This document shows, in pieces, positions 18,451 through 32,212 of a stretch of DNA of 64,000 nt. Source of the DNA: the human T2T-CHM13v2.0 reference genome, Homo sapiens. A program made the translations under genes and the position numbers. The first letter of the stretch is position 1; each line of letters opens with the position of its first letter. The notes beneath the pieces were generated by a model. The model did no database searches. It was not told where the DNA came from and worked only from the letters and a program-made list of their open reading frames with translations. Where the stretch lies: the NCBI RefSeq assembly GCF_009914755.1, contig NC_060927.1; one strand, given 5' to 3'.

Positions 18451-21400
18451 ATATATATTTTTTAAATTCTCCAGAGCAAGAGAAACAGAAGTACACAAAC
18501 TGAAAGGATCTACTAGTGCTGACCAGGACAAATGAAAAAGTATCCTGGGGAAAACTAGACACAACCATCATTGTCAGATCTCAGACTACAAGGATAAAAG
18601 GGAGAGCCTAAAAGCTTCCAGGGGAAAAAAAAGAAAGACACAAAATTAAAACAGGTCACCAAAAAAAGAATAAGAATCAGAAGATTTCTCTTCAGCAACA
18701 TTAGATAAAAACAGAAAATAGAGGGCAGCTGTTAACATTCCAAAGAAAAATAATTTTCAACCTGGAACTGAACTGTCAAACATGAAGGCACAATGCAAAC
18801 ATTTTTTAGAAACGCAAGGGCTCAAAAAAATTATTTCCCATTACTCCCCCATTTTATTTCAAGAAAAAAAAAAGTGTTGTACATTTATATTCATTCTTTC
18901 TTCCTTAATGTGACAATATACTCCAACAAAACAAGATTTAAAAAAGAAAACATATATTTAGAAAATAGTGATCCCACCTAAAGAGTGGTAAGTCCAAAGC
19001 TGACAAAGCTGTGCAGCAAACCCAACAGACTCCAGCTGAAAATGGAGCAAGGAGATAGAGGGATCTAGGATAAAAGGAAAATTCCATACAATAAATAGTG
19101 GGGTTGAGATTTAGGGATGGAGGGGAGAACGATAATATGAAAAATATAATGCAAGAAAAAGAGGGGAGAAGAAAAGCAACTAAAATCTCCGGGAAATACA
19201 AAACCTACACAATGAAGTAGTGATTCAAATATGGAACAACTAATCCAAATTAGAACAACTAGTCAAAATCAGAATCAGAAAACAGTGGGTTTCATGAAGA
19301 TAAATGAAATGGGTTGTAAGCAATATAAAGAAAGATTGAGATGCTAATACCTTTTTTGAAAGGCTTAAGATTCTTCTCTCTAGTTTTTTTTTTAAGTACC
19401 AGAAACTCAAGGAAAAACAAAAAGTTATTTCAAAGTTATAATCCACATATGAAGCAAACTAAAATAGACACAATTTTGAGCAACTGGTGGCATTCAGGAA
19501 AGGGTTACCTATTTGAACATCTCTTGTGAGTAGCATGGGATCATGACACTGGAAATATAGGGAAGGAAACAGCTCTGCAGTGAACAATATTTCCCCACTC
19601 ATAATAGTGCAAAATTCCCTATTCACAATAATGCAAAAACTCAATGTTAATTTTCAACAATTGGCATCAACCTGCAAATAGAGCATGGAAAACTTAATTT
19701 GATGACAGAATGGATAAAAATGTGATCAATCTTGACAGTGTCAAAGTAAAACTATAGCCAGCTCAAGTTGGGAGTCAGAAAGGAGAAGAGAATGGAGAGG
19801 AAAAAAAAGGTAGGGAATGGGTGGAGAACAGGTGATTACTACTTTTCATTATAAATCCTTTGGTTCCTCAGGCATTATTTTAAATAAAAATATTTTTAAA
19901 TTTTTTTAGGAGAAAGTTGTTACCATTGGCTAATGCTACAAAGGGGTCAAGTGAGAAGGAGTTAGATTTGGCCTGTAAGATCATGGTGACAATGGAAAGG
20001 ACCATTTCAGCGGCCTATAGGAATGGAAATCAGAGTACAGTGGGCTGAGGAATGAATGGGAAATAAAGACCTGAAGAGAACAATTCTACCTGCAGAATGC
20101 TAAGGACAGGAGAGGAGAGGAGAAAGGTTGCTAATAGAAGGGATTAAAAGTAAACAGAAGGTTGCTGCTGCTATTTTTATTTATATAGAAAAGACTTGGG
20201 CATAGTTTTTGATTGAGGTGAAAAGGTGATGAAATCCAGAAAACAGGATGAGGAATCAAACTTGGACAAAAGAAAGGGTATCTATCATTTCGAAATAAGA
20301 AGAAATGAGGTAGGGGTAGACTAGAGGAGGAGGCAAAAAACTGGCAGGATCACAGAGAGCTTCTGTCCTCTAAAGTGATCAAAGCAAGAGCTAGAAAAGC
20401 CTACAGAGCTGGCGATTTCAGAGAGCAGAACAAGAAAACCAACAAGGATTGATTATTGGGTAAATGGACTAAGCTGACAGACGAGTAGTATGGTTGAAAG
20501 CATATTTACATTTGAAAATCATTTTATTTTGCCTCATTTGTTGGTTGAATTATTCTTCATGAGAATCTTTTAAGGTAACCTGGTATCTGGATCTAAAAGA
20601 CTATCTCGGGAGAACAATCAAGGAAAACAAAGTTTTGCTTATTTACACAAGGTCCTACAGCAAGTTACTATCAAGGTAGTAACAACAGTAAGACAGCTGT
20701 GTACCATCTCATTCTGCTCATTTGAGACCCAAACACTTCTAAACAATAGCAACCTATTTCAATCAACCAGCATTTATTAAGATAACATATGCAAGTCTCA
20801 CAATCCTGCAGAGGAAGTACAATGACCCCTACTTTACAGATATTGAATAAAGAGAGATTCAGTGTCTTGCCTAAAGTAACTGAGCCAAGATCCTAGCCCA
20901 AAGTTGTTAGATTCCAAAGCATATATGCCACGTGTAAAGCACATGCATTAAAACCAAATCTGAAGTGTGTTTTGGCCATTCTCAGTCCACTGCAAGTCCA
21001 TTTGGAAAAAAATCAGATAGGAGAATTTTGAATACATGAAAATTAGCTGAGATTTAATTCAGTGATCCAAACCTGGGTGATCAATATTAAAATGTAAGTG
21101 CCAAAATCAGTGCTTTAAATTTTGGGAAAAATCTAATAGCATTCTCTTCATTATGAATTATGAATTAAGACCACTACACTCAGCATCCTAATTCTAAAAC
21201 TATTCTTTCACCTGTGTTCTCTTTCTCTAATCAATCTAATTCATGGTAGGTTGCTATCTGGCCACTAACTATTACAAATAGAAAGCCATGTTTATGACAA
21301 ATTTTATAAATGTACTTTGAGTAAGTAGATCTTTTTAAATATATACATGCAAATTAGCAAATAAACTGGTGACTTTAAACTGTGGATGCCTTAGCAAAAT

Positions 21401-22271
21401 TCATCCGTGCTTTTTGCTTTTCTTTATTTCTGTTAATAACCTTCCCTGCTAAAGCAATTCTTCCTCTGGGCATTTATGCTGATGAAACAGTGGTATGTTA
21501 CCCCATGCCAGCCTTGCCCTAAGTAACCTGAAGCCTGCAGATAGACTTTAATAAAATGAAAATATGTTTCTCCTCCAAAGATTGGATTTTAAATTAAGTT
21601 ATATCCAAAGCCCTAATTTTAAGAATATAATATTTGATGGCTTCATTAAAAATAAAACAATAGCTAATGATGTTTTGAAGCCAACTGACCAGTTTTTAAA
21701 AGTCCTTGGAATAAAACTAAATCTGTGATGACTACAGATACACATGGGTCACTGCTAAGGTAGCCCCAGCTTGGGAACACTGGGATGTCAGGAAAAAATG
21801 CTAGTGAGCTTAAAGGGAAGTATTTATTGGGCAGTTTCCACTGCGTGTCCTGGATTACTGGCACATGATACAGTCCGGCTCTAGTGTAACCACCATTGTT
21901 TACAATACCCGAGGCAATTTGAAACTCCACGATTTCAACAATGGCATCAACTGACTAAAAAGTTTTGAGTAATGTAATCACAGTGATTTATCACTTCACA
22001 CAAATGTGTTTCTAGCTCATAAACAGGCTACCCGTGACCCATTTTATCTCACACATAACTGAAATAATGAAGGTACAGCTTGGTAATGCTCTGTATTAAA
22101 AATTAGTAAGTTTTTAGTCTTGAAATAAAATTTTACATCCATCATCTCATTTAATCCTAAACCACTTTATTAGTCTACAATCATTGGCATTCTACTTATT
22201 CCTGTGCTTGGTAAGCCTTACTCATTGGTCTTATCCTTCTCTTTTTTGTGTGTTTTTTGTTGTTGTCTTTG

Positions 22272-22530
22272 TTTGCTGGAGTGCAGTGGCATGATTATAG
22301 CTCACTGCTGCCTCAATCTCCCAGGCTCAAGTGAGCCTCCTGTCTCAGCCTCACGAGTAGCTGGGACTACAAGTGTCTGCCACTATGCCCAGCTAATTTC
22401 CTTGTATTTTTGTAGAGACAGGGTCTTGTTATGCTGTCCATGCTGGTCTTGAACTCCTGAACGCAAGCTATCTTCCCGCCTCAGCCTCCCAAAGTGCTAG
22501 AATTACAGGTGTGAGGCACCACACCTGGCC
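22272..22530 (-). mobile_element. AluJ
   Basis: Reverse Alu with J-type GGCTCAAGTGAGCCTCC and TAGAGACAGGGTCTTG; ends ...ACCTGGCC. Confidence 0.88.
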
Positions 22531-23420
22531 TGGTCTTAGCCTTGTCTTCAGTAATCTTTCTTTTATTACTGCTTATTCATGTACACCCTCTGATGCATCT
22601 TTTTGGCTAACATTTCTACGCTTTCCTTCTTTGGTAGCTCACCCACTTCTAGAGTTATGTTCACACTCTGTTTATTATTCTGATCTACACTTTGCACTAT
22701 CCACTCTCATCTTGACCATTTCTATCTTATTGAAATCCAGATTTCACTTCTAAGATTACCTTTCTTCTATGTTACCCTAACATAATTGCTCTGTATTTTT
22801 ACACATGAACTGCTTTGCCTTAGTTGTCTGTTAAAACCTTCTCTCTTTAAGAGTTACCAATAACATCAGTCTCATTCGAATCTTTGCTTCTGAAGTCTTA
22901 GCAATATACTTTATTATACCCAAACTTTTCATTTTCTGTAAGCTCCTACTTTCTGATTACTTGCTTGCCTCTTTTCTTTCCCATCTTTACCCTGGTTTTT
23001 AGCTGCTTAAATTGTCCCATTACATCCTGTTCTCCTTCAACCTTTCCACTTAAAAATTCTGATTTTTGAGAAATTTACCTAAATTGTATTTCCCTTTTCT
23101 TATATTTTCTAATTTATTTATTCACTGTATCACTGAGGAAACTGAAATTAAGTATAATTACTAATCTTGTCAACTACATAGTTTAGAACATACGCAAAAA
23201 TGTAAAATAAAAGAAAAAAACAAATGTTGATTCTGCTTATCTAGTTTTAGCCTTATAATCCAAAGACCTTGCATCAAACTGAATCTTCTCTATGTATCAT
23301 CAGTAGCACCTTTCAAAGTCCATGAAGTCAAAAAGTTTTATTAGGAGAAAAAAAGAAATAAGGTATATGTATAATCCATGGACATGTTAAAATTACACAC
23401 TGCCCGAGAGTTTTCCCTCA

Positions 23421-23771
<351 letters not shown>

Positions 23772-24913
23772 TTAATGATTTGTTAGGGGCTTTATATGGC
23801 TAATAATTAAACCTTTAGAACCCTGGCTTCTTTTTTCAAAGTGAGTCTTAGGCTATAAAACTGAACATTCCGTAGGAATAAATGAAGAAAGCTAATACAG
23901 TCTTGGAGTTGAGATTAATCATGCTAACAGACTCTGCTTGAATGGTAAAGACAGGCAAAGGAAGACCCTGTATCAAACAACTGTACTGGACAGCAAGGTG
24001 ATGAGAGTACGTACTGGGGAAAGGGGGAAAACGTAAAAATAAAACCAGAAGAGGCCTTTAGGAACCAATGATGACACATGTCAAGAGCTGCGAGATATAA
24101 TTAACTCAACTCTCTGCACCTGAGGGCAAAACAAAACCACATAATGGGAACTTAAAGGAGGCAACATATTATGTCTTCCCCTAAATACCAGAGAAAACAA
24201 TTGACCATCAAAATACTTCCGACATACAATCAAAAAGCAACACAATAATCAGTCTTTGGGATCAAAACAAAACAGAAAAGACTTAACACCCACAGTAAAC
24301 AAAGTGGAGAAAGTTATAGTGCACAACAGAAGAAACACCTGTGTAACAGTCTTCTACCATACTCTCTTATTACTAGAGATTTTCAAGCAGATAATAAATA
24401 ATCAAATCAGTGATGACCCGGGAAGACATCATTCACTGGGTTTTGTCCTTGATTATCTCCCAGGTCTCTTTTCTCCAAAAAAGGAAATTATTTAACTTTA
24501 TACAGACAAATGTCTAGAATAAAAAGAAATATTGTACCGTCTCTTGCTAACCAAAGTTTAATTTTCCATTTGTTCTTAGGTAATATTACCCTTTAAAATG
24601 GTCCTTTCCACTAGCTATTCAACATGGAGGTGAAAGCTTTAAATCTTAAAAACCAGTATTAGTTTACGCTAATGGGCTAAAATAAATCAGAGTATGTTTA
24701 TTATGAATGAAGGATAGGGCTCAATATTGCAATGTCATTTTATTCTCACCACAAAAAGATACCTGTGTTTTCCTTACCAGTGATAGGATATATAAGAGTT
24801 AGAAGTCAAAAATGGAAAGCATAAGAGTCATGCACAGAGGTCACCTCGAAATGATGCAAATTATATTAGCTTCTAAACAATTTTACACTGAATTGAGTTC
24901 GGTACATCATGGG

Positions 24914-24960
24914 TTTTTTTGTTTGTCTGAGACAAAGTCTCGCTCTGTCACCCAGGCTGG
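24914..24960 (-). mobile_element. Short Alu 3'-end fragment
   Basis: T-rich tail followed by GAGACAAAGTCTCGCTCTGTCACCCAGGCTGG only. Confidence 0.75.
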
Positions 24961-25282
24961 TAAATAGTGGTTTAAATACTTGTTCTTCTTAAGACTACAG
25001 GTTCAGATGCCAGCATAGATCATTTACATTTGCCTACAAAGACTGGTAAGCTATCGCATGCCACACAGCTTAGTGTAACAGGTTGAGATCCAGTCTACAA
25101 AAAGTGATACTTATTTTTAAAGTAAAAACATAAGGCTTTTAATCAAACAAATTCATAGTTAGTTGTTCTCTAAGCCATCTTGGTATTCCAGGCACAGTCA
25201 TATCTGGAGAGACAACTGCTAAATAGCCAGAGCCCTGAAATGTTCACCCTACTCAATGCCTGGTTTTCTTTTCTCCCTTTAC

Positions 25283-25552
25283 CTGATAATGAGCCTGGGC
25301 TTGCTGTGCAGAGTTCAAGGTGACATTGCAGAGTTTGCAGTACAGGGGCTTACATAGCTCCTCCAGGGCACAGTCTTGCTCCCCTCCCTTCGATAACTCT
25401 TCTTCCCCTGCAAGAGGCAAGGAAGCCTCCTGCCCAAAAGGCTTCTGTGGTGGAAGCTGCAAGGTTCCTGTAGACCTGGTGGCCACTGACATAGGAGGCG
25501 AGGGTGAGGGCTGCTTAGGTGGAGGAAGCACGGCGTGTTGCAAGAGGATCAT
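25283..25552 (-). CDS. ZMAT3: ZMAT3 (WIG-1/PAG608) zinc finger matrin-type 3, first coding exon, codons 1-90; exon 2 spans 25283-25609
   Basis: MILLQHAVLPPPKQPSPSPPMSVA...LYCKLCNVTLNSAQQAQAHYQ recognised as the ZMAT3 N-terminus with the start of a matrin-type C2H2 finger. Acceptor is a polypyrimidine tract + TTCAG at 25610/25609; phase-0 donor CAG|GTAAAG at 25283/25282. Confidence 0.96.
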
Positions 25553-25999
25553 TGGGTAGGAAAGCCTGGGGCATAATCCAGTGGGTGATGAGAAGCAAGG
25601 TCTTCAAATCTGAATCAACAGCAAAAAAACAGAAAAAAAAACTCACTTGAAAATCAGACTTCAGCAAGATAACATGTAAATGACAACATAATCTGACCCT
25701 TTCTTCTACTTCTCCAAACCCATCTTTGGGACTTCTTTCCTTTGGCCTCATTTAGCAGACTTCCCCTGCCTGTTAATTCATGTTAACACGGTGCTCTTCC
25801 ACTGAGAATGGCTTTATAGATTTGGCTTTATTTTGCTTGGCACAGTTCCAACTGCTATCCCTTTGGCCCGTGAACATTAACAGCATTGCATCCACGGCTA
25901 AATCTAAAAGTCACATGGCTGAAATGGACATCAAATGTCACCTAGTCCAGACCCCTTCCCTCAGGCACACTTACACTTAAACACTCTTAATGATAATCA

Positions 26000-26332
<333 letters not shown>

Positions 26333-26539
26333 CTAAAAATCTTAGCAAACATATCTTCCAACCAACCAATATCAAAAAGAGTGTATAAAAGAATATCATC
26401 TTGCAGAATTCTTAAAGCACTTATAGAACTAGCTAAAATTTCAGGGAACTCTAGGAGTAGCCTAAAGTATGACAGAAATAAATAAAATATGTTCCTTCTG
26501 ATCAACTAGCAATATTTAAGTAGTTGAGCAAATGTATAG

Positions 26540-26858
26540 CAGAGGTGGCAAACAGCCTGTGGGCCACATACAGCCACAGATGTGCTGTTTGGAATATACA
26601 GTTTTGTTTTCATTTTTTTAAGTCGAATTAGTTGTTAGCATTTAAAAATCAAGAGATTCATGGCTTCTCTTGAAAAAGGATGATCTGGCATCACTTGGCC
26701 CACATTCCTATATGGGACGCAATTAGCTAGTTAGTGCTCAGAGGCACTGTGCCCTCTAGCGAGGCCTGCCTTCTCTGGGACACCTCAGTCCCCACTCAGC
26801 TGCTGCCTGTACTTGTTACTTGCCTGTTCTCTGTGAGCTCTTGAGTTTACAGCCCTGC
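26540..26858. mobile_element. hAT-Charlie-type MER DNA transposon (MER102-like)
   Basis: GTGGCAAACAGCCTGTGGGCCAC start, GGCTTCTCTTGAAAA and CAGTCCCCACT motifs; a similar element lies at about 51200-51990. Confidence 0.5.
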
Positions 26859-27988
26859 CTCATACAGCCTTAGATTATATTCATCAGTCCCCTGTAAAAC
26901 CCAAATTTTTCCTCCTTCTCTAGGTAAATTACCTACACAAAATAAGGTATCAAGGAAATGTCCAATGGAGTAATGGATCACACCACCATAAGCCACAGTA
27001 TAATTCCAGTTCCTCAATCTTGAGGCTATTTCCCTCCTCCTTCTTAACAAATAACTGATAGTCTCTATTATAATTCCCTCAGAAAAGACCCAAAATGTTC
27101 CTCTCCCTCTTCAATCTTTATCCATAATGTCTCCTGCCTCCCCTCCAGATGGCGCCGTCTAACCCTGAGTGTCTCAAAATGAACCACAGTACACCCTTTG
27201 AGTTCCCAAGATTCTAATTAACCCAAATTAGAATCCTTATTTCAAAATCCACAATTCCCTCCACTCTCTCAATACAGTATTATTAAAACCTCTTCTCTTG
27301 GTCAATAGAATATGGCTATTTTAAGCTGCTGAAATTTTCCATCTGCAATGGAAATGTGTACATTATGGCAATAATAGAATTACTAAAATGAATCAAGTAA
27401 ATTTTGAAAAGTTAAAGTCTATTTTACCATATTTGATAACTACACAGCACCTGAAAATCAAGTAACAACTTTCAGACGAAATTTGGGGTGGGGAGGCAAC
27501 AAAGGAAATCAGCGTGATGGGAAAATAATGTAGTTAAGGACAAAGTGCATAAGTATTAGTCATAGAATTTAACAATACTTCTCATTAATCACAAAATTTA
27601 GAAAAATGATAATATTATTTAATTTTTAAGCAGAAGTGTACTGCCCATATCTCTGGGAACATAAAAGAAAAGCAATATAGAGTTTTAACATTTAAAAAGT
27701 CAGGTTCTCTGTAATGGTATTATTTCTCTTAATTGAATCAAGCAAAGATAGTCCAGAAAGCAAAGACAGATATGGTCATTTTAGAAAACGGAACTAAGTA
27801 GACAAAGAACAGCTTTTAAAAAGTTTAACTACCTAATAATAATAATTCATAATGTTGAAAAGCTACTGATGTCAAATTGCCACAAACATTCTGCTAGTTC
27901 ATTAGTGAAAAGGTGGGGGGGGGTGTCAAAACCTCTGGATAAAGGAAATCAGCAATATAAACAGAAAATCAAATGCTACCAATTGCCT

Positions 27989-28008
27989 AGGCATGTCTGG
28001 ACTTGTTT
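27989..28008. promoter_or_regulatory. p53 response element in ZMAT3 intron 1
   Basis: AGGCATGTCT|GGACTTGTTT: two RRRCWWGYYY decamers, zero spacer, no mismatch; ZMAT3 is an established direct p53 target. Confidence 0.93.
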
Positions 28009-29149
28009 TATGAAAGCTCACTTTCACTTGAGGAAATTCTAGCATGTGTCTCCCCCAGTGTTATCTACAGGTTTCCCTCAAAATAAAGATCCTTCTCAAA
28101 GAACAGAGGCACAAAAGGCCTCCTACCAGAGGTGACAGTTACCTGATTTAAAGAAAAAATTCTTGCCAAACACAGATTTACCCATTATCACATTTGATCT
28201 TTACAATTTTTAAAGAGTAGCTTGATATCCCAAATTTATTTCTTGTTATATTTAACAATCAACACAATGTCGACTCCTCAAAAAAATCTATGTATGACAA
28301 TTGCATCAAATATTAGTACATTTGCAAACAAAAATTAGTATAAAATATAAATCTTAAAATGAATAAAACCAAGTCTTCAGTGAATGCATGAATGATGGAA
28401 TACAGAGACCCAAAACATGCAACTCAGATCTGTTCAACTGTTGCATTGGTTTAAAAGGGACTAATTTGAAGACTGGCATAAATATTCTTCAAATCTTAAA
28501 AACCAGTCACTTTGATGCTTGCGATGGCATAAATGAAGGATTTATGCTGGTTAATGTCCTGGTTTGGAAAGGAGCTAAGACGACATTAAAGAAAATCAAA
28601 GCTTCACAAGGTACCCTGTTTAAAGAAAATTAATTGTCATAGCATACTTAGTTTTAATGATTGGACTGGGGCCTACTCTTCACATACTGTGTTAAAGACA
28701 ATCTCTTGTCTCATTTGGAGAAATCTACAGAGGAAAGAGAATAGAATAAAGGAACAGGTTAGGAGCACCTCAGCAAACTAGGTAAGTCTGTAATTGGGAA
28801 TTCTGGAAATGAGGGAAAGGCAGCGAGCATTACTCAGAGGTCATCAGAACGCAGCAAGAAGGAATGAGAGGGAGAAAAGTTAAAAAAAATAATAATAATA
28901 ATCACTTGAGGCAAGGTGTATCCTATAAAGAAGGCTCAAAAGAACGCAGAAAACTGGGGAAGAGGCCTTGGTGAATTGGCGAATGTTTTTCAGTCTCCGC
29001 TGTGACGGTTCCTAATCCTAGAGAACTGTTTACAGATTTGAATCAAAGCTACAGACAGTTCAGCGTCGCCCACATCCACCTTACATTCCTAAGATGTGCA
29101 TGCATACACACGAACCCACACACGCACCTCAACCCGGTATGGATGCCAT

Positions 29150-29860
29150 CACGAAGGATGGAATCCCCCGACTCCCACGGGGCGGGGGCAACTGAGAGGG
29201 CCAAGGCAGCTGCACGCACAGATGATCCACCTGGTCCACGTGAAATGCCTGAAACAAGCAAACTGATAAATAGAAGCAGCGCAAGCCCTGTCACGTGGAG
29301 GGCAGATGGAAAGAGCATCGGAAAGGAACCGCTAGTCCCCGGCGCTCCAGGGGCTCGTCCTGAAAGCTCCGCGGCTCCCAATCGCCCGCACTTACCGGAA
29401 CCCCCGGGACGCGCCGGCAGTCTCCGCGCCGCGTCCGCCCGGGACGCCCGCGACGCCCGCCCTGCGCGCCCGGCTCGGCCCAGCTCGACCCAGCCTCTTC
29501 TCGGAGCAACTTTCTCCGCCGGCCGCCGCCGAGCCCCCTCCGCAGCCGAAGGCTGACTGTCAAAAGTCAGTCCAACCCGACCCACAGGGAAACAGCTGCA
29601 GGAAGTGACTGCGGAACCGGGAGGCGGTGGAGGAGGAGACTGAGGGCGCCGGCTCGGCGTCGCCACTGCGCATGTGCTTGGCGGAGCAGGCCCGGCAGCG
29701 GTGGCAGCGGTAGCAGTGGCGGCTCCCGCATCCCCGGCGGGCGGCGCGTGGGTCAGGTGCCCTGGCCGCGAGCGCAGGGGCGCGGGGTTAGGCCGGCGTG
29801 GGGAACAAAGGCACGAGTGAGAGGCGGGAGGGTCCCGCCGCCAATCTCAGCAGACAGCCC
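29150..29860. promoter_or_regulatory. CpG island / ZMAT3 promoter
   Basis: Dense CpG and high GC. ETS-like CAGGAAGTG 29599-29607; NRF1-like TGCGCATGTGC 29667-29677; CCAAT 29841-29845; E-boxes CACGTG at 29237-29242 and 29292-29297; no TATA. Confidence 0.9.
29396..29610 (-). other. ZMAT3: ZMAT3 non-coding exon 1 (TSS approximate)
   Basis: Consensus donor CCG|GTAAGT on the minus strand at 29396/29395 inside the CpG island; no ATG in the exon; 5' end inferred from promoter motifs. Confidence 0.8.
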
Positions 29861-30433
29861 CGAAGAGCAGTTCAGCAGATGCCCTGGAAAGTTAATCCTT
29901 GGTAGAAGCCTGGGCAGAGCTTTTGCAACTTTCATCTCCAGTCATTGGGATCCAAACATTGTTCATTCTGTTCCTCCCTTAGCCTGCTGGTTGGCGGTTA
30001 AGGCGGCTGAGTGGATCCTTTAAACTGCTGCAACAGAACCTTTAAACTGCTGCTCTCCCCACTTCCGCCCCAGGATGGAGGAAGAAGAGCGTGGCTGCCT
30101 GCCCAGTATCGGCCTCCCTCACACAAAACGCCCCCACCCACCCACACACACACCTTCCCTCCCCTACACGAAAGTGAGCAGGAGATAGAGGAGACTTTCT
30201 CCTGACCCCCAGAGGCTCACCTGCAAGACAGGAAGGACCAGGAAAAGAGTGGCCAACGCTAGGATGTCACATCCTTCATAACCAACCTGGACATCTTCAA
30301 TGTTAACACTGAGTGATGAGCTGAGGAAATTCCGGCTCTAAACTTATAGCGTAAATTAACTCGTATGAAGATCTGCTGGGGTATTATTTTTGTGTGTGGC
30401 AAACGATAACAAATATACTACTTTAAGAGTACA

Positions 30434-30879
<446 letters not shown>

Positions 30880-31779
30880 TCAAGGCTGTTTCTTTGGCTG
30901 AAAAATGCACCAATCCAATACCAACAACAACAAACCATAAAAGACTTCATAAGTACAATGAATATGAAGTACAAACATATACACACAGTGTACACCAGCC
31001 ATTTGGGGAGAGTAATCCATCACCTGAATTGTTTTTCCAGCTGTATAGGTACATTTACTTTATGTGTCACTATTTTAAAGGGCTATATTGTTTCTAAAAT
31101 AATAAATGCTGCTAAAATCCACTCTCCAGCCCCTTTTCTATATGGTCTTTAGCCAGTCTTAGAACTTCACAGTCCACACTCCTTATCTAGGACCACAAGT
31201 AGGCCTTGCGGAGCCTTTCCGATCTGACCTTCCACCAGTCTCCCCTCATCATTTCACTCACACCCCCATCCATGCCCCTTCATTTCCTGCCTCTGTAATT
31301 TAGCTCTGTCTGCATCTTGAATACAAAATGCTTTCTCTCCCCTCCCCTTGAATTGTCAAATCCTACCTGTCCTTCCAGGCCTCTTCTTTCATGAGGTCCC
31401 ACAGCACTTTTCTCCGCACACCTTGATGACACACTATTTGTTGTCCCACATTATAATTACTTAAGAGATATTTCCTCTGCCCTGTAAATACCTTGAGTCC
31501 AGGAAGGATAAATGTCTTGGAGTTTTCAAGTTTTATGTTTGATAGTTTGATGTGTTCTTGTCCATCAGGATGAAAATCTGAACAATTCCATGTTCTCTGC
31601 TCACATACTCTTCTCAGACAGCTAGGGCATTTCCTTCCCTGCCTCGGGGAGAAAGAAAAGGCAAATCTGATGCTTGTGTAATAGATATTTGAAGCTCATG
31701 GCAGTGAGAGTAGTCTCATAAGTCAGAGTTTGTAGTTTAGAATTGGCTGGACTTCATGAGTTTCAGCACATGAGGTGAA

Positions 31780-32212
31780 AGGAAAAAAAGCCACAAACAA
31801 TATATTCATCACTTTTGCGGTTGAAAAAAAAAAAAATGGCTGATGGCCACAAAGGTTTATTTCTTATTTGTATTACATGCTGGGTCAGCTGAGGTTCTGC
31901 TCCATGGGTCTCCTCAATCCAGTGCCCAAGCTGAAGAAGCTGCCCCTATGTAGAACTTGGCAATTCTCAAGGGAGATGGGAAGAGCCAGAAAGCTGTTAG
32001 AAACTTGTGAAGCCTCTTAAAGCTGCTTCTCTAATGTCTCATGACATGTCTACTCAAATCCCATTGGCCAAGGTCTTTCATATGGCCAAACCCCAAGTAA
32101 GTGGAGAAGTCTACTTCTTTCATAGGCAAATCACATGGCAATGGGCATGGATTGTAATTTTTTTGGAGTGGGGGTTGTGTGGTTAATTGTAAACAATAAT
32201 GCAATCTGCCAC
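31780..32212 (-). mobile_element. MaLR LTR remnant (MLT1-like)
   Basis: CAAAGGTTTATTTCTT, CCATTGGCCAAGGTCTTTCATATGGCCAA and terminal ATCTGCCACA motifs. Confidence 0.55.

Noticed and set aside
25253-25282. C-terminal VKGEKKTRH of the 99-aa ORF
   Set aside because: Read-through into intron 2 past the CAG|GTAAAG donor; not part of the spliced protein.
25283-25609. Infinite rolling-circle ORF from a 327-nt (3n) exon 2 circle
   Set aside because: The second codon after the back-splice junction is an in-frame TGA.
25641-25649. Donor-like CAA|GTGAGT just upstream of the exon 2 acceptor
   Set aside because: Only about 37 nt from the acceptor, too short for an intron, and no supporting exon is evident.
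29002-29666. Long overlapping ORFs (184 aa +, 205 aa -) at the promoter
   Set aside because: They start at non-ATG codons, are Arg/Pro/Ala/Gly-rich with no domain, and are explained by stop-codon scarcity in a CpG island.
32031-32051. Additional p53-like half site (TGACATGTCT)
   Set aside because: Single imperfect decamer in an LTR remnant without a valid partner; expected by chance.
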